From Lophium mytilinum (Eukaryota), in assembly GCA_010093605.1 (NCBI GenBank), contig MU004194.1, positions 1,588,323 through 1,652,322 on the forward strand: a stretch of DNA of 64,000 nt. The letters run 5' to 3'. How positions within the stretch are numbered: position 1 is the stretch's first letter; every line of letters begins with the position of its first letter. Below are positions 25,089 to 36,788 of the stretch, in pieces. Both the position numbers and the translations under genes were made by a program. A model generated the notes under the pieces. It was not told the origin of the DNA and did not search any database. It worked only from the letters and a program-made list of their open reading frames with translations.

Positions 25089-26302
25089 GGGACGGAGGGG
25101 AGGGGAGGGAGGAGGAGAGGTGTAGGTTTGAGGGTGGAGGTTGATAAGGGTGGATGTGGGTGTGGGCGCTATACTGGGGGGACACGGTGCAGCGGTATAC
25201 GAGAGCGGCAGTGCTGGGGGTGCTTTGATGGGGTACCGAAAATGGCGCGACGGGGTTGAGAATGAGATGGAGGTTGAGATTTGGAAAGGCGGAAAGGGCC
25301 TTGGAAAGCGGCTTTCCTGAGCTACCTCAGGGGTAGTTCGAGGCATCAAAAGCAGTGCCCAAATAGATGGTTGCGAAAGACAATCAATACAGCATTCCAA
25401 TACAAAGTCCCTTCTCAAGGAAGAATACTTCACCCTACGGTTCTCCTAAAACGCCAATCGTGAAACACCCATGTCCCTGGATATGCCAATGAATTGCCAT
25501 CACATCATCTCCATCTCATATTCGAAAGTCCCATCGCCAAGCCCTCTCCATTCATCAATCCGTGGAGATACACTCTCTGATTAATCTGAATTTCTTCGTG
25601 GAGCTTTCGCCTTTATTCAGCTGCTCTCCTTGTGCGTCGGTCCCAATCGAGACGATCGGGACGTGGACCCGGGACATAATACAGGTGCGAAGGCGTGACT
25701 CTATTGGAATTTTGTTCTGACTGCTTGATGCATACCTGATGGTATTGAGAAAATCGTGGTGTTGAGTTACGAATGATGAGGCATGTGAGGCTCGCTAGCC
25801 CGGCAGTTCGACCTGCCCTTTTGTGAGAGACCCTCAGCCCCTGTCAGATTATCATAACCCTAGCACCCCAAGTATCTTGACATACCATAACTATGTACAC
25901 CCGCTGCCACCCCACAGAGCCGTCCATCATAGTGTCCTAGTATCCCATCATGGCCACCTCGCCAACACTGTTCACACCTCGATGCTCTTTTCTTCACGCG
26001 CGTGGTCCCTCAATCAAATCGCCTGCCCAACACGCCCTCTGCGTCGCCGAAAATTCGGGGCCCGGAAGGCAGCATCCACTAAATCACACACCTTGGTACT
26101 AACACAGCATCACGGAGCCTATGCTTTCAACATAAATAACGTATTATCTATCTATCTGTACCTGCCCAGTACGTTTATGAAGCCGCTTTATCTACTACCT
26201 GTAAAAATTGATAATCTTCCCTTCTCTTTCAGCCGCGTCAAGATTCAACAATCGAATTTTGCTTCTTTTCTCACGCCACGCTCTTCCACCAACTGAGACA
26301 TC

Positions 26303-27286
26303 ATGACCATCGAGATCACTTCTGATGCCAACCTTCCCAAATGTTTGAACACAGCAACGAAACAGGCCGCAAAGGCGCGACAACTGGCCGAATTACACTC
26401 GGGCATTGCCACTACCAAGGCTTGAGGCCCTCGTCCGCAAGGGTTCTTCAGCAGGACCATGATCGTAACTCTAAAAAAAAAGCCCAGGAGGTTGTTATTC
26501 AGTTCCGACCTGAGCCCCTGGATATTGAGCCCTTCGAACTTGCTCGGACGGTACTTGGGCCAGTCGTCCCGGATGTTCAGCTTCTCAAAGACGAAAATTT
26601 GGCGAGCGAGGGAATATGGGCGTATTGGATGACATGTACTCCAGGCAAAACATGGCTGGATGGCGCAAGAGGGAGACGTAGCCAATCTCGAGTCACTACC
26701 GTCAGATTTCGGGCCGGAATTTGTCCAAAGGTCTGTTGAGGGCAGCAGCAAGCTCGTGATTGATAACAAGCTCCGCCCGCATCTGGAATTGCTCTTATCC
26801 TCTCCGAACGAACGAAGCTATGAATTCCGTGATTTTGCAAGAGACCTGCTCGGTAAACTGGATTGGCTTCAGATACTACCACTTTTCGTCTCTCATTTCG
26901 ACCTGAACGACATCAACATCTTGGTTGACGACAACTGCGAGGTATCTGGGCTTATTGACTGGGAATTGTCAACACGCCTTCCCTTTGGAATGGGCTTTGG
27001 CCGCATTTATACGCTGGCCGGCGAATACTCTGACCGCAAATTCCACATGCCGCCTGAGTTTGAAGACGCGGAGAAGGGATTCTGCGAGGAGGTCTACAAG
27101 GGGATCCCTGCGGAGGTTCGCAAGTCGATCGAAGAGAATCCGGACATCGTTCAAATCGCTGTCACTCTTGGCACGCTGCTGAATGCCTTTCGGCTAGATG
27201 ATGATGTTATTGGGTCATGTAACCCCGTTGTCATCGAGGCTCTCCCGAAGCTTCTCACCTACCGTATCCCCGTGATAAGGGGCTAA
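26303..27286 (+). pseudogene. Aminoglycoside-phosphotransferase (APH/kinase-like) family pseudogene
   Basis: 'QGFFSRT', 'VVIQFRPEPLD', 'HFDLNDINILVD', 'GLIDWE' lie in different frames; in-frame TGA at 26423; frameshift at the A9 run 26473-26481; further shifts at ~26708-26735. Confidence 0.78.
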
Positions 27287-28258
27287 GATCCACCTTATTC
27301 CGAGTGAGCAAAAGGAAAGGGTCTGGACCATGTTTAGTCATGGGATGCGGTATTGTGTTAGCAAGGTGCTTCACGCTGCTTGTGCGGCGCCTAGAACCGT
27401 ACAGTCTGCATTGCATTTCTCCACGCCCATGTACTAGCTCTTAGGTCGTTCCTAGGCGAGCATGGTAGAAAATGGAAAGTGGGTCTAAGGGGCGTTTGCG
27501 TTTGTCTGAGTCTGATTACCATCTTTAAACTTCCAGCTGGATTTGTAGGCCATGGGCCGTCTCGTCTGAGATACTAGATCTTGAAGACCTTTGGGAGTAA
27601 GAAAAGTATTTTGATATGCGACATCAGACGGTTTATTGCTTTTCGATACATTTCGTTATGCCTTTCAACCTTAATCGGCCCTCCTAGCTTCGAAATCTTA
27701 GACTTACCTTCAACTTACTTTATTTAACTCTTTGCTGCGTCATGACAGTATTGATTGGAACTGCATCGTCGAAAGCTGAAAACGAAACGGTGACAACGGC
27801 GTTGCCGTTGTTGCTGGGCCTGATTTTCCTAGCGCTGATCATCTCGGAACGCTAACCCATTTTCGTCGTCCAAACAGCGTTGACTTCATCTCGCAACACT
27901 ACACCCAAGACGGCCCTTCAGCCAAAAGAAAATAAACTCAATTGATGACATACCTGTAGGAGAGCTATTCTAGACCTGAAGGAAGCGTTGCATGCGAGAT
28001 AAACGCCATAGATGCGCCTCTCAGCTAGCATGGCTCTCGGAGAATGCGTAAACGGACGAAAGCTCTGTATCCTACGCCCCTGAAACGCCTTCGAATTAAA
28101 GATACCTTATATGCGATGAGCACATAAAAGCCAGAAGTCGCCAAAAGAAAATCAGTCCTACACAGTAGCTCTGGTGCTTCGTTCTTCGAACTCTATCATC
28201 ACACCAGTCAATTGGTCAATTGAGTTCTACCTCGATCTCATTCTCTATCTCTACCATC

Positions 28259-29274
28259 ATGTTTCTCGAGCATCTCTTCTTAGCCCTCACCGGCGCTCTC
28301 TTCCTCTCCACCGCTCTGGTCTCCGCCCAACGCCCCAGCTCCACCCCCATCTGCGACTACTACGCCGAAACTATCCTCGGCGCTAACACAGAAGCAAATC
28401 AGCGGCTGCTCATGGTTCTCCTACTGCATACTACCGTACTCGGGAACTACACAACCCCCAACACCGGCATCGCCGTGCACGGCATTGCTGCTCCAGGCAC
28501 CTTCCGCGGGCAAAAAGTGAATCTCATCAAATACTTCACCGGCGAAATCGCCTCGACGAACAACGGGACGACACCGCACGGTGTTCCAATCCTGCTTCTA
28601 GACGGTGGCGGAGCGGCGCCGTTGCTAAAGAACGTGAGCTCGTACAACACAAGCTCGCTACAATAGTGAGTATCCCCTCTTCTTACCCATCAACCTCGAG
28701 TGATGAAAAGCCAAAACGGACATCCAGTCACATCTTCGACCACATCGAACAGTACTTCGGCACTCTGCTCGGCTGCTCCAAGCAAGGCGGCAGCGCCCTC
28801 CCAGCCTACCAGGGCCGCGCTTCGATGTACGAAGTGCATAAGTTCATGGATCTCTCCGCGGCTGAGATGGGGTGGTTCAACCTCCAAGCTACCCTCGCTA
28901 TCGCCTCGCTCGGGTTCTCAAAGCAGGATGTTGGAATTGTGAATGATACGCTTTACAACGTGTTCAGCCAGCGGTGCTCGCCGGCTGTGTCGCTAGTTCC
29001 GAAGAATGCGGGACCCCAGTTGCAGTCGTTGTGTATCAATGAGGATTGTCCGTTGGATAAGAACGCGACGTGTGCGCTGTATCCGAATAAGGGGGTCGGG
29101 GTCGCGCCGGAGGTGGTGAATGCGACAAATGCGAGTGCGAGTGGCACGGGGACTGTGACCGGAACTGCGGCGGTTGCTACGTCGACGGGAGCTGGTGTGC
29201 CAGCGGTGGCTGTGGAAGCCTGGGGAACGGTTGGGGCTATTTTGGGGGCCATCGTGTTGGCGGTGGCGTTGTAG
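28259..29274 (+). CDS. Secreted, probably GPI-anchored protein with a truncated-globin-like core; intron 28666-28727
   Basis: Signal peptide ending VSA|Q, N-glycosylation sequons, S/T/A-rich stalk and hydrophobic C-terminus; 'EQYFGTLLGC..YQGRASMYEVHKFMDL' motif. Confidence 0.8.
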
Positions 29275-30402
29275 AGGTGCGAGATTTCGTGGGTATGGCG
29301 GAGAGATGCGATCTGTGGTGGCTAATAATCAAATGTATGGTCTATGTGATGGATAGTTCTCCCAGCGATTTCATTAGGGGCAGCAATTATGTTAAGACCG
29401 GTGCTAGCTTTTGATAGTGCAGTGGTGGAAAGTAGACTGTGATATCTGGTATACATGGACGAAGGAAACTTGTGTGACTCAAAGAGACTTCCATAGACAC
29501 TCAGTTGCAGTTTTCCCTTCGCGCACAGTGACCGCAGCATCCATCATCAAAGCCAGAGTTTGATCTCCCACCACCGATTAAATTATGTTTGGGATGAATT
29601 GCATGTCATAGAAAGACAAAGCGACAAAAGAGAAACCCGCCGCGCTGTCGACCTCCAGCTCTAGATAGTAGGCCCAGCCTTCCTCAAGCTTCTCTAGGTG
29701 ATTATTGCTGCATTTATCGAGCTCCGTCTTCCATGCTGGACCGAGAATGTTGGTGATCATGGCAGGGGTATCTGTTCATAGGGAGATGACTGTGCTCATC
29801 AGCTTTAATTCTGGATACGCCCAGAGGAGGTACTCATATTCCGTAGGGCCGACTGGACGCCTCTGCTTATAATTTAGTTCCCGTTGAATCGTGAACGATT
29901 TTAGTGAGGCGGCGCAAAAATCATACCAGGGAGAGGATTTACAGAAGAGACCAAATTCGCCATGAGCCCGACGACTATCATGAAGCTCCCACCTGTGATC
30001 ATTGACGGCAAGACGCGGTCGCCAACGTGCAGGAGCTATGTCGTAGGACGAACCAGCTTGGTCTGATCAAGTCGCTGGGTAATGGGGGCCTCGGCATGTG
30101 GCCTACGCTGGGCAGAACATAGCAACAGCGCGGCGATGCAACGAGGCGAAGCTCTGTCCCAAAAGATATGGCCCAAATGGCCCGTAAGCACGTTGAATGC
30201 ATTCTCTCATTACAGAGTCAAACTAGATACCAAGGCTTTCTGTTCTGGAGGAACTAGGTACCCAAGGGTCCTGCTTCTTAATGTAACGGTACTGTGAATA
30301 TTGCACTGCTGTCACAGTTTTGCGAAGATCGGTCTCATGGAGGAGCAGGAAGTCTGGGAGCAGTCTTGAGGTTGGGATGTTCTTTGTCCAAATTTCCTCG
30401 CA

Positions 30403-33053
30403 TCAGACATTCCCGGGCCCCTTTCCGCTTGCATTTTTCTTCTTGTTTTCCCCCAAGAGGCGACGACGGATTGACAGTCCAGTTTTTGGAAGTCCGCCCT
30501 GCTTCTCATCGTTTCGACTCGTCTGACTACCAACTGTGGCTCCAGTCGCTGCACTCTGATTCGGCCCCATGTTTGCGCCTACTCCTTTCGATTTATCGTC
30601 CTTCTCACCACCCTCACTCGTCAACTTGGTATCAGAGGTCCACTGCCACTTCTTGAGCGCCCACAATAAGAGAACCATTGCGCCCCAGGTGAGTCCGCCA
30701 GTGATGATGATAGTGAGAAACTCAACTCCAACTACGAGAGCATTAACGTGGAGTACTTAGACAGTCAAAGCCCGTATAAAGAAGGTGGAGGACTTGCCAA
30801 AGATTCCAGCCATCTTTCTACCCGAGAAGACATCAGAGCTGCTGTTGCTGGATGAGTTTCCCGTGGATAATTTGCTGCCATTAGGAGTGTACTTTAGACC
30901 GCCGAACGTATCGATGTCTAGCGCAAAAAGACCGACTAAAAAGGACAGCGGAGTGAAAATGAGAGTGATGATGGTGAAGCCGATGACTACCAATGAGAGG
31001 AGTTTGGATTCGCGGGCCTCTTTGATGCTAGCAAGGGCTTGGTCCATACTCGCGGCCGTTCTCTTGAGATTCAATTTGTCTTGAATCACCTGCTGTACTC
31101 GTGCAGCATCCCCGTCGATCTTTTCGGTCCGCTTGCGATATGCAAGTATCATGTCCCTGGCATCGTCGACTTCTCTCCATTCTGGATCGCCGCTACGCCC
31201 TGATCCAAGGCAGCTGTTCATCACATCTTCTTGTTGGTTTAGGACGTCTTGGATCATGACAAGCTCGTCTCGGATGTCGGATATTATATGAATGAATTCA
31301 CCCTCTCTCTGGACGTCGACAACTTCATTGCGCATGTAATCGTCCACGTCAGATAAGACTGACACCACCGCTGTTTCGAAGATGTTCAGGGTGGGAGGAA
31401 ATCTTTCATTGCCGTTTTCGTATTCGGTCCCGAAAGCTTTGATCCGGCTTGCCATGATGAGGCACATTCGTAGGTTGGGACTACTTGTGAACTGACCCGG
31501 TGTATGGAAGGAGTTGCGGAATGACTCCATCACCCGGCCATCCTCATAATCGGTATAATCGTAGAAGGAGTTTTGGAAGTACTCATTCGCTGCGGTTTGC
31601 TCGCCCGACGCAAAAGCAGAAACCACGAAATTTTCCATACTCCAAAGCCATAGTTGCGGGACTAACAGGATGGGTAGGTGCTCGGTGCTTCCCGGCCTAA
31701 CTGATCCGTCGAAGTCTCTCGACACTACTTGGTCCTCGTTTCGCTTTTTCAGGGCATCAGGACCAAGCCCTGGATAGTAGGCTTCGTCAAGCGTTCGCGC
31801 CATGTGTATGATTTTGTCAGCGAATTCATGCTTGAAAAGGTCACTCGCTCCTTTCCTTTTGATTCTCATATTGCCGTGATATTTAGCCGAGCTCAAAACC
31901 AAACATGGAAACTAGCTTGTGTGAGTGTGGTTGATGAGAAGGGAGAGCATGTACATACTACAATGGTCGTGCTTTTCTCTTCCCTATTCCCTACTCCCAC
32001 TTCCAGTGTATACACTGGCTGCCTATACACTGGCTGCCTATACCACAGCAATGGGTCACCAGGAGGGTCTGATGGGTTCAGTGGCACGCGGCAGAAATCA
32101 GCCGGAAAAGGAGTGTACGGTGGTCGCATGGCTTCGATATCCCTTGAGAGTTTCTGGAAGGTATCAGCTTATGATTCCATGGACTGGGTTGTGCATACTG
32201 CAAGAATGACGCCCTAAACCTTGTAAGCAATTGATGGCTTGATGATGATAGATGTATGGAGTCAGACGACATACATTGGTAGATGGAACATGAATCCAAG
32301 TCAGGCTTTCACGATCATCATTATTATTAAGTGTGAGCCAGAACCTTTCGCTTTCCACGGTAGACGATCCCTTTCGCATGGCCGATATAGGCATTGAAAA
32401 TGAATCCCAACATCTGTATCCGTCACCAGGAGCCACAGGAGCCAAAGTAAAGACTGTAATAGACTCATCTGGGAAGTTTTTTATAAGGGTGTCGAACTCC
32501 AGTACTTCGTACATGTGTCGCTCTGGATCATTCCGCTTCGACCTATACCTTTGAAATGCTACTTCGGCGTCTCCAGACAGGGCGTGCGGATTAGCGCCGT
32601 GGACAAGAAGCAGCTCAGCGCAGTCGAATCTCATTGATTGTGCCGCAACGTGCAAGGGGGTCAGCTTTTGTGTACCCTTTTTGTTCACCTCCGACAGCTT
32701 GCCAGTTTTGTCAAGAACGGCCTTGAGTTGATCGTATTGAAGCCTCCTATTGTTCAGTGACTGTTGACGCATCATGAAGTCCGCGATGTCCACTGCAAAT
32801 GGTTGCCCAGCCTCAAGACCGTCCAAAATGACTTGGTTGTGAGCGACTAGTCGCGTGAGTTAGTCCGGACGGAAAGATGGAGACATCAAGTCTCTCCGCA
32901 AGGAGAAAACACACGTGAACCCATTCTATCATCGAGGTTGTTGATCTTATCCTGCGGCAAGTTGGTACCCAGTGATGCTCCTTGAGGCGATGCAGTACTC
33001 CCTCCTACCGCCGTGCTGGGAGGAACGCTGGCAGGAGGCGAGGAAGTGAACAT
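30403..33053 (-). CDS. Ankyrin-repeat protein with a C-terminal CorA-like two-TM domain; about six exons
   Basis: Ank 'TPLHVAAQ..AELLLVHGANP', 'WIHVPSTN', 'ILLVPQLWLW', 'DIRDELVMIQDVLNQQ', 'FTIITLIFTPLSFLVGLFALDI'; splice sites traced by eye. Confidence 0.82.
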
Positions 33054-33924
33054 GGCTGAGTAATGTGTGTAATTGATAAGAAGAGAATTGACGTATATCA
33101 GGCCGTTGGATTTGCGATTCGCGCTGAAGTCAGAGCCTCGAGTCTGAATCTGTGAAAGTCTTGTTGACCCGTAGCAGACCGGTCAATTGCGAAAGTTGAC
33201 GCAGACTTGGGGCTCTCGATTTGAATGCGAAGAGGCGCCATTTTGAATCAGTGGTCTGAAAGACACTTGTAGAGCCGGAGAGGCTGAAACCACACCTCCA
33301 TTGTCGACGCAGACCCGATACGTTTCTCCCTATGATTGGGCAATGTCTCGGAGGGAATTGACTTTCGTAATCCCAAAAGCAAAAGCGACGGGCTGAAGAT
33401 TGTTTTGGGAGAAGGGTGCATCAGCTGCGAGGCCTGCATGTTCGTGTTGCAGCTTGCCCGCTGCAGAGCACAGAGCAGACCAATCTGAGTGTGCCAGCCC
33501 CACACCCAGCGGGATGCCCGCACCAGTCACAGAGGATTGTAAACGCTAGCTCGATGGAGGCACAGAGAGGCTGAGCGAGTCCGTTCCATGGACTTGAAAA
33601 TAATATACATCTCAGGGTTCATGTGCTAGAGTTATTGATGATTCTATTCTGTCGCCTTCTTTTCAACTTGCGTACTTCCGCGTACTTCTCAGATCGACTG
33701 ATTTCCCTTTTCGATTGAGACAATTCTCCCAGAATTTTCTACCATACGTGTATCGCCGTCCATTATGACACATCTACGAAGAACACGAATCCAGGCTCAG
33801 GGAAAATGATCTGGAACCGATATCATAATCTAGCAATACGCAGAACAGTCAAAACGAGTTCGTTCAAGAAATCTTCCTGCACAGTAAAGCGATACCAACG
33901 AAGTCCACGACTTCCCCAGCCGTG

Positions 33925-34611
33925 TCAATTAGCCACAACCACTGCGCTTTGAACAAAAAGTCCTTCGACCGCAACCTTGACCAGGAATCTAGCCACACTA
34001 GTAACACTCACGCTGTCGGTCAAGCTCATTCCATCGCCCTTACTTCCCAGCGTTCTCACGTACGTCTTCGTGTCGGTCGGCTTCTGATCGTCAAATTGCA
34101 GCCTCACAGCCCTCACAAGAGTCCAATCCATCTTCGTCAATCGAATCTCCTTGTCTACGAGTCCGTGATCCTCGAGCGCGTACTTGACGTTGGTCCACCC
34201 CAAGAAAGCCTTGCTCAACCACGGTAGGTTACCCCATGAATCCCCGACACCCGCTGTCGACATCACTACCACGCGAAAAACGCCGGCATGCTCTAGAACC
34301 TCGCAAACATTGGCGCATGAGTCGGCCATGAATCGAGGAGGCGAGAGCTGAGCCGCGAAAGGGCTGTCAGACTTGCGGACTGTGTTCAATGTGATAATCG
34401 CTGCAGAAGGCGATAGAGAAGGCGCCGCGAGGAGAGTGCTGCGTATGTCGGATTTTGATAGTGGCGAGCCAATGACGATAGTTAGGCCAGGACGAGGGGC
34501 GAGGCTGCCAGAAGTACGCACGAGGGCTACCGCTGTGTGACCTTGAGAGAGTAATTCAGATACAACGTGCTGGCCGGTCCGTCCGCTGGCGCCGAGGAGG
34601 AGCAAATGCAT
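33925..34611 (-). CDS. NAD(P)H-binding atypical SDR (flavin reductase/BLVRB-like)
   Basis: 'LLLLGASGRTG', 'ALVR', 'VVVMSTAGVGDS', 'DWTLVR'. Confidence 0.88.
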   Translation of the reverse strand: MHLLLLGASGRTGQHVVSELLSQGHTAVALVRTSGSLAPRPGLTIVIGSPLSKSDIRSTLLAAPSLSPSAAIITLNTVRKSDSPFAAQLSPPRFMADSCANVCEVLEHAGVFRVVVMSTAGVGDSWGNLPWLSKAFLGWTNVKYALEDHGLVDKEIRLTKMDWTLVRAVRLQFDDQKPTDTKTYVRTLGSKGDGMSLTDSVSVTSVARFLVKVAVEGLFVQSAVVVAN

Positions 34612-34951
34612 AGTTTTTGCGGGTGAAAAGTGCCGGTGGGTACTCGTCTGCCTGGGAGACGAAGAGGCTTTGTTACAAAAGAACGACGGGGTTGGGGATC
34701 CATTTATGAAGTTGACCAGTCCTCCAGAGCAGACACCGTGGCTAGTGAGGGAAGCTAGTTCAGAAACAGGGTCAGCCGCTGATTGGTCAGTTCGGTACGT
34801 ATTCTGCAATTGGAAGCCGGCGCATGTAATCTTACGTACGGCAACTTGAGCAACTTGGTTTTCTTGGCTTTCTACCTGGAGAAGCGCTACGCCGCGTCAA
34901 TAGTGCCGCCGGTGCGTGGCTAGGGAAGATTGCGCCACTTCCCCATAAGTA

Positions 34952-36352
34952 TCAGCGCATTTTGGATCGATCCTCTTGACCACTACTAGTCCCACTGCAC
35001 GTTATATAAGTCCTGACTCTTTCGCCCACGTCGTCAGCTATGCCCTGCAACCGGTCGTCCTCAGTCCGTAGCTTGGCATCAAGATCTGGTGAGGAGTCTA
35101 GTGCCCCCAAGAGAACGATTTTCAGTATTAGATGGAAGAGGCGCAAGAACGACACTGAAATAAGCTCAGGGCCAGGATGTCCGATTTCTGTCTGAACGAG
35201 TTCAAAATCAATGAGCCACGATGCTAAGGAGTCCAGCAAAGCTGTTTTCTCGGAAAGTAGTCGAAGAGCGGTTCCTACCGATTCGACTCGCGACACTTTG
35301 CCGAGGAAGTCCAGCGTCAACGTCGCGACTCTTCTAAGCTCTGTCCGCATGTCGGGTGCAATCGTGCGAAGATCGCGAGATTCAAGAGGCTGTTGATGGG
35401 GCGGAGTTGGACACACAGACGATGTCGTCCCGCTTACGTCGGCTGTTGCTGGAGTGTCCGCAAATTTACAGGGTGCAGCAAAAATCTTAATGATAAAAAC
35501 ATCCAGGAAGGGTAGTTGGTCATGGTGTGCTGGCACCAGTTTGTTCGCGGCAACAAAATGTGGTCTGGCCCGGTACTCGTGCATGATCCTGAGCCCTCGA
35601 ATGATATGCTGGGCCATAGCAGCGTAGTTCTTCCGCACTTGCTCAATGCTGATGAAGATCTGACAGCAAAGTAATGCCGATTTTAACCCGTTAGAGCTCG
35701 GAGGGGACAAACTAGACACTAGACCCCGCAAAGCCACGCCGTATTGCTGGAGGCCATAGTGATAGCTTGCGGTCTGTTGCGCGACAGACGTTGCACCGTC
35801 TCCGGTTGTCTCGAGATCTTCCCGAAGAGCTCTGAGGGACAAGACAGCGTGTCGTATAGGCGGATTAGTCAAGCTAGCTTGGAGAAGTTGCCTGGCTTCT
35901 TCGTCACAGTCCAGCTTCACGTCGAACATGGTTTTAGTCGAGAAGTAACGATTGAGGAGGTCGATGTCCTGAGGGGCGATCTCAATGATGCTGGGCCGGA
36001 TGGGTTGTAGACCAGCGTCTGACTTGATGCGGCCAGCATAAGCGTTTATCACGCAGGTGGGTTGACTGGTAAAATGTCTAAATGGGGACTCGTAGCCGTC
36101 GCAAGTACGACCAGTACTGACACATTTTTGGCAAAACGGCTTATTTTCGTCGCATTTCACCTTCCTTATTCTATTGCTATTAAGTTCACGGTCTTGGGGT
36201 GTAGATCGGTAATGGTATCTGTCTGCTATGACTGACCTGCAGGTTGCACAGCCAGTTTTCACCTTGGTTCGACATTCAATGTTCCGTTTTGGGCGACACC
36301 GCTTTCGGCCATCGTTGGGCGGAGTGGGACATTCACGCTTGTCGCGCATCAT
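34952..36352 (-). CDS. Zn(II)2Cys6 transcription factor; in-frame intron 36171-36236
   Basis: After splicing: 'KTGCATCRIRKVKCDENKPFCQKCVSTGRTCDGY'. Confidence 0.92.
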   Translation of the reverse strand: MMRDKRECPTPPNDGRKRCRPKRNIECRTKVKTGCATCRSVIADRYHYRSTPQDRELNSNRIRKVKCDENKPFCQKCVSTGRTCDGYESPFRHFTSQPTCVINAYAGRIKSDAGLQPIRPSIIEIAPQDIDLLNRYFSTKTMFDVKLDCDEEARQLLQASLTNPPIRHAVLSLRALREDLETTGDGATSVAQQTASYHYGLQQYGVALRGLVSSLSPPSSNGLKSALLCCQIFISIEQVRKNYAAMAQHIIRGLRIMHEYRARPHFVAANKLVPAHHDQLPFLDVFIIKIFAAPCKFADTPATADVSGTTSSVCPTPPHQQPLESRDLRTIAPDMRTELRRVATLTLDFLGKVSRVESVGTALRLLSEKTALLDSLASWLIDFELVQTEIGHPGPELISVSFLRLFHLILKIVLLGALDSSPDLDAKLRTEDDRLQGIADDVGERVRTYITCSGTSSGQEDRSKMR

Positions 36353-36788
36353 CCTTCAGACGAGAGGAAGAATCGTAGCCAGCCAAAAATCCGAGCAGGC
36401 GAGTAAAAGGTACGCGGCATGATTCATCACTGGGACTGAGGAAGGCGAGTTGTCGGGACCCGCTTCGTGCCAAGTGGCATGCTGACAAACAAAATGGGGC
36501 GGGCTTCGGCGCTACCTCGATTGGGAATCGAAAGCGAATCCACCAATCATACATGCTGTTTCGAAGGGCTTCACCCAGCATCCAGCACACGTCGGCGTGT
36601 GGCTGCGTTCCGAGATCCTATTATTTCGATAGAAGTGAAGATACCCAGTTTCTGCAGGTGCCGCTAGCTCCTGCTCTCGGCGAGATGTCTTCAGCTTATA
36701 TACCGAGTGCCTGTCCCGATCTTCTCAAACGATGTCGAGGCTCACAAATAGCCCCAGATTCGCTTCGAAATTACTACACAGATCGAAA

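Noticed and set aside
29578..29850. Protein-like minus-strand frame with an internal TGA
   Set aside because: Possibly a gene remnant, but too short to assign to a family.
33248..33560. Short ORFs between Ank-CorA and the reductase
   Set aside because: No motif and non-ATG starts.
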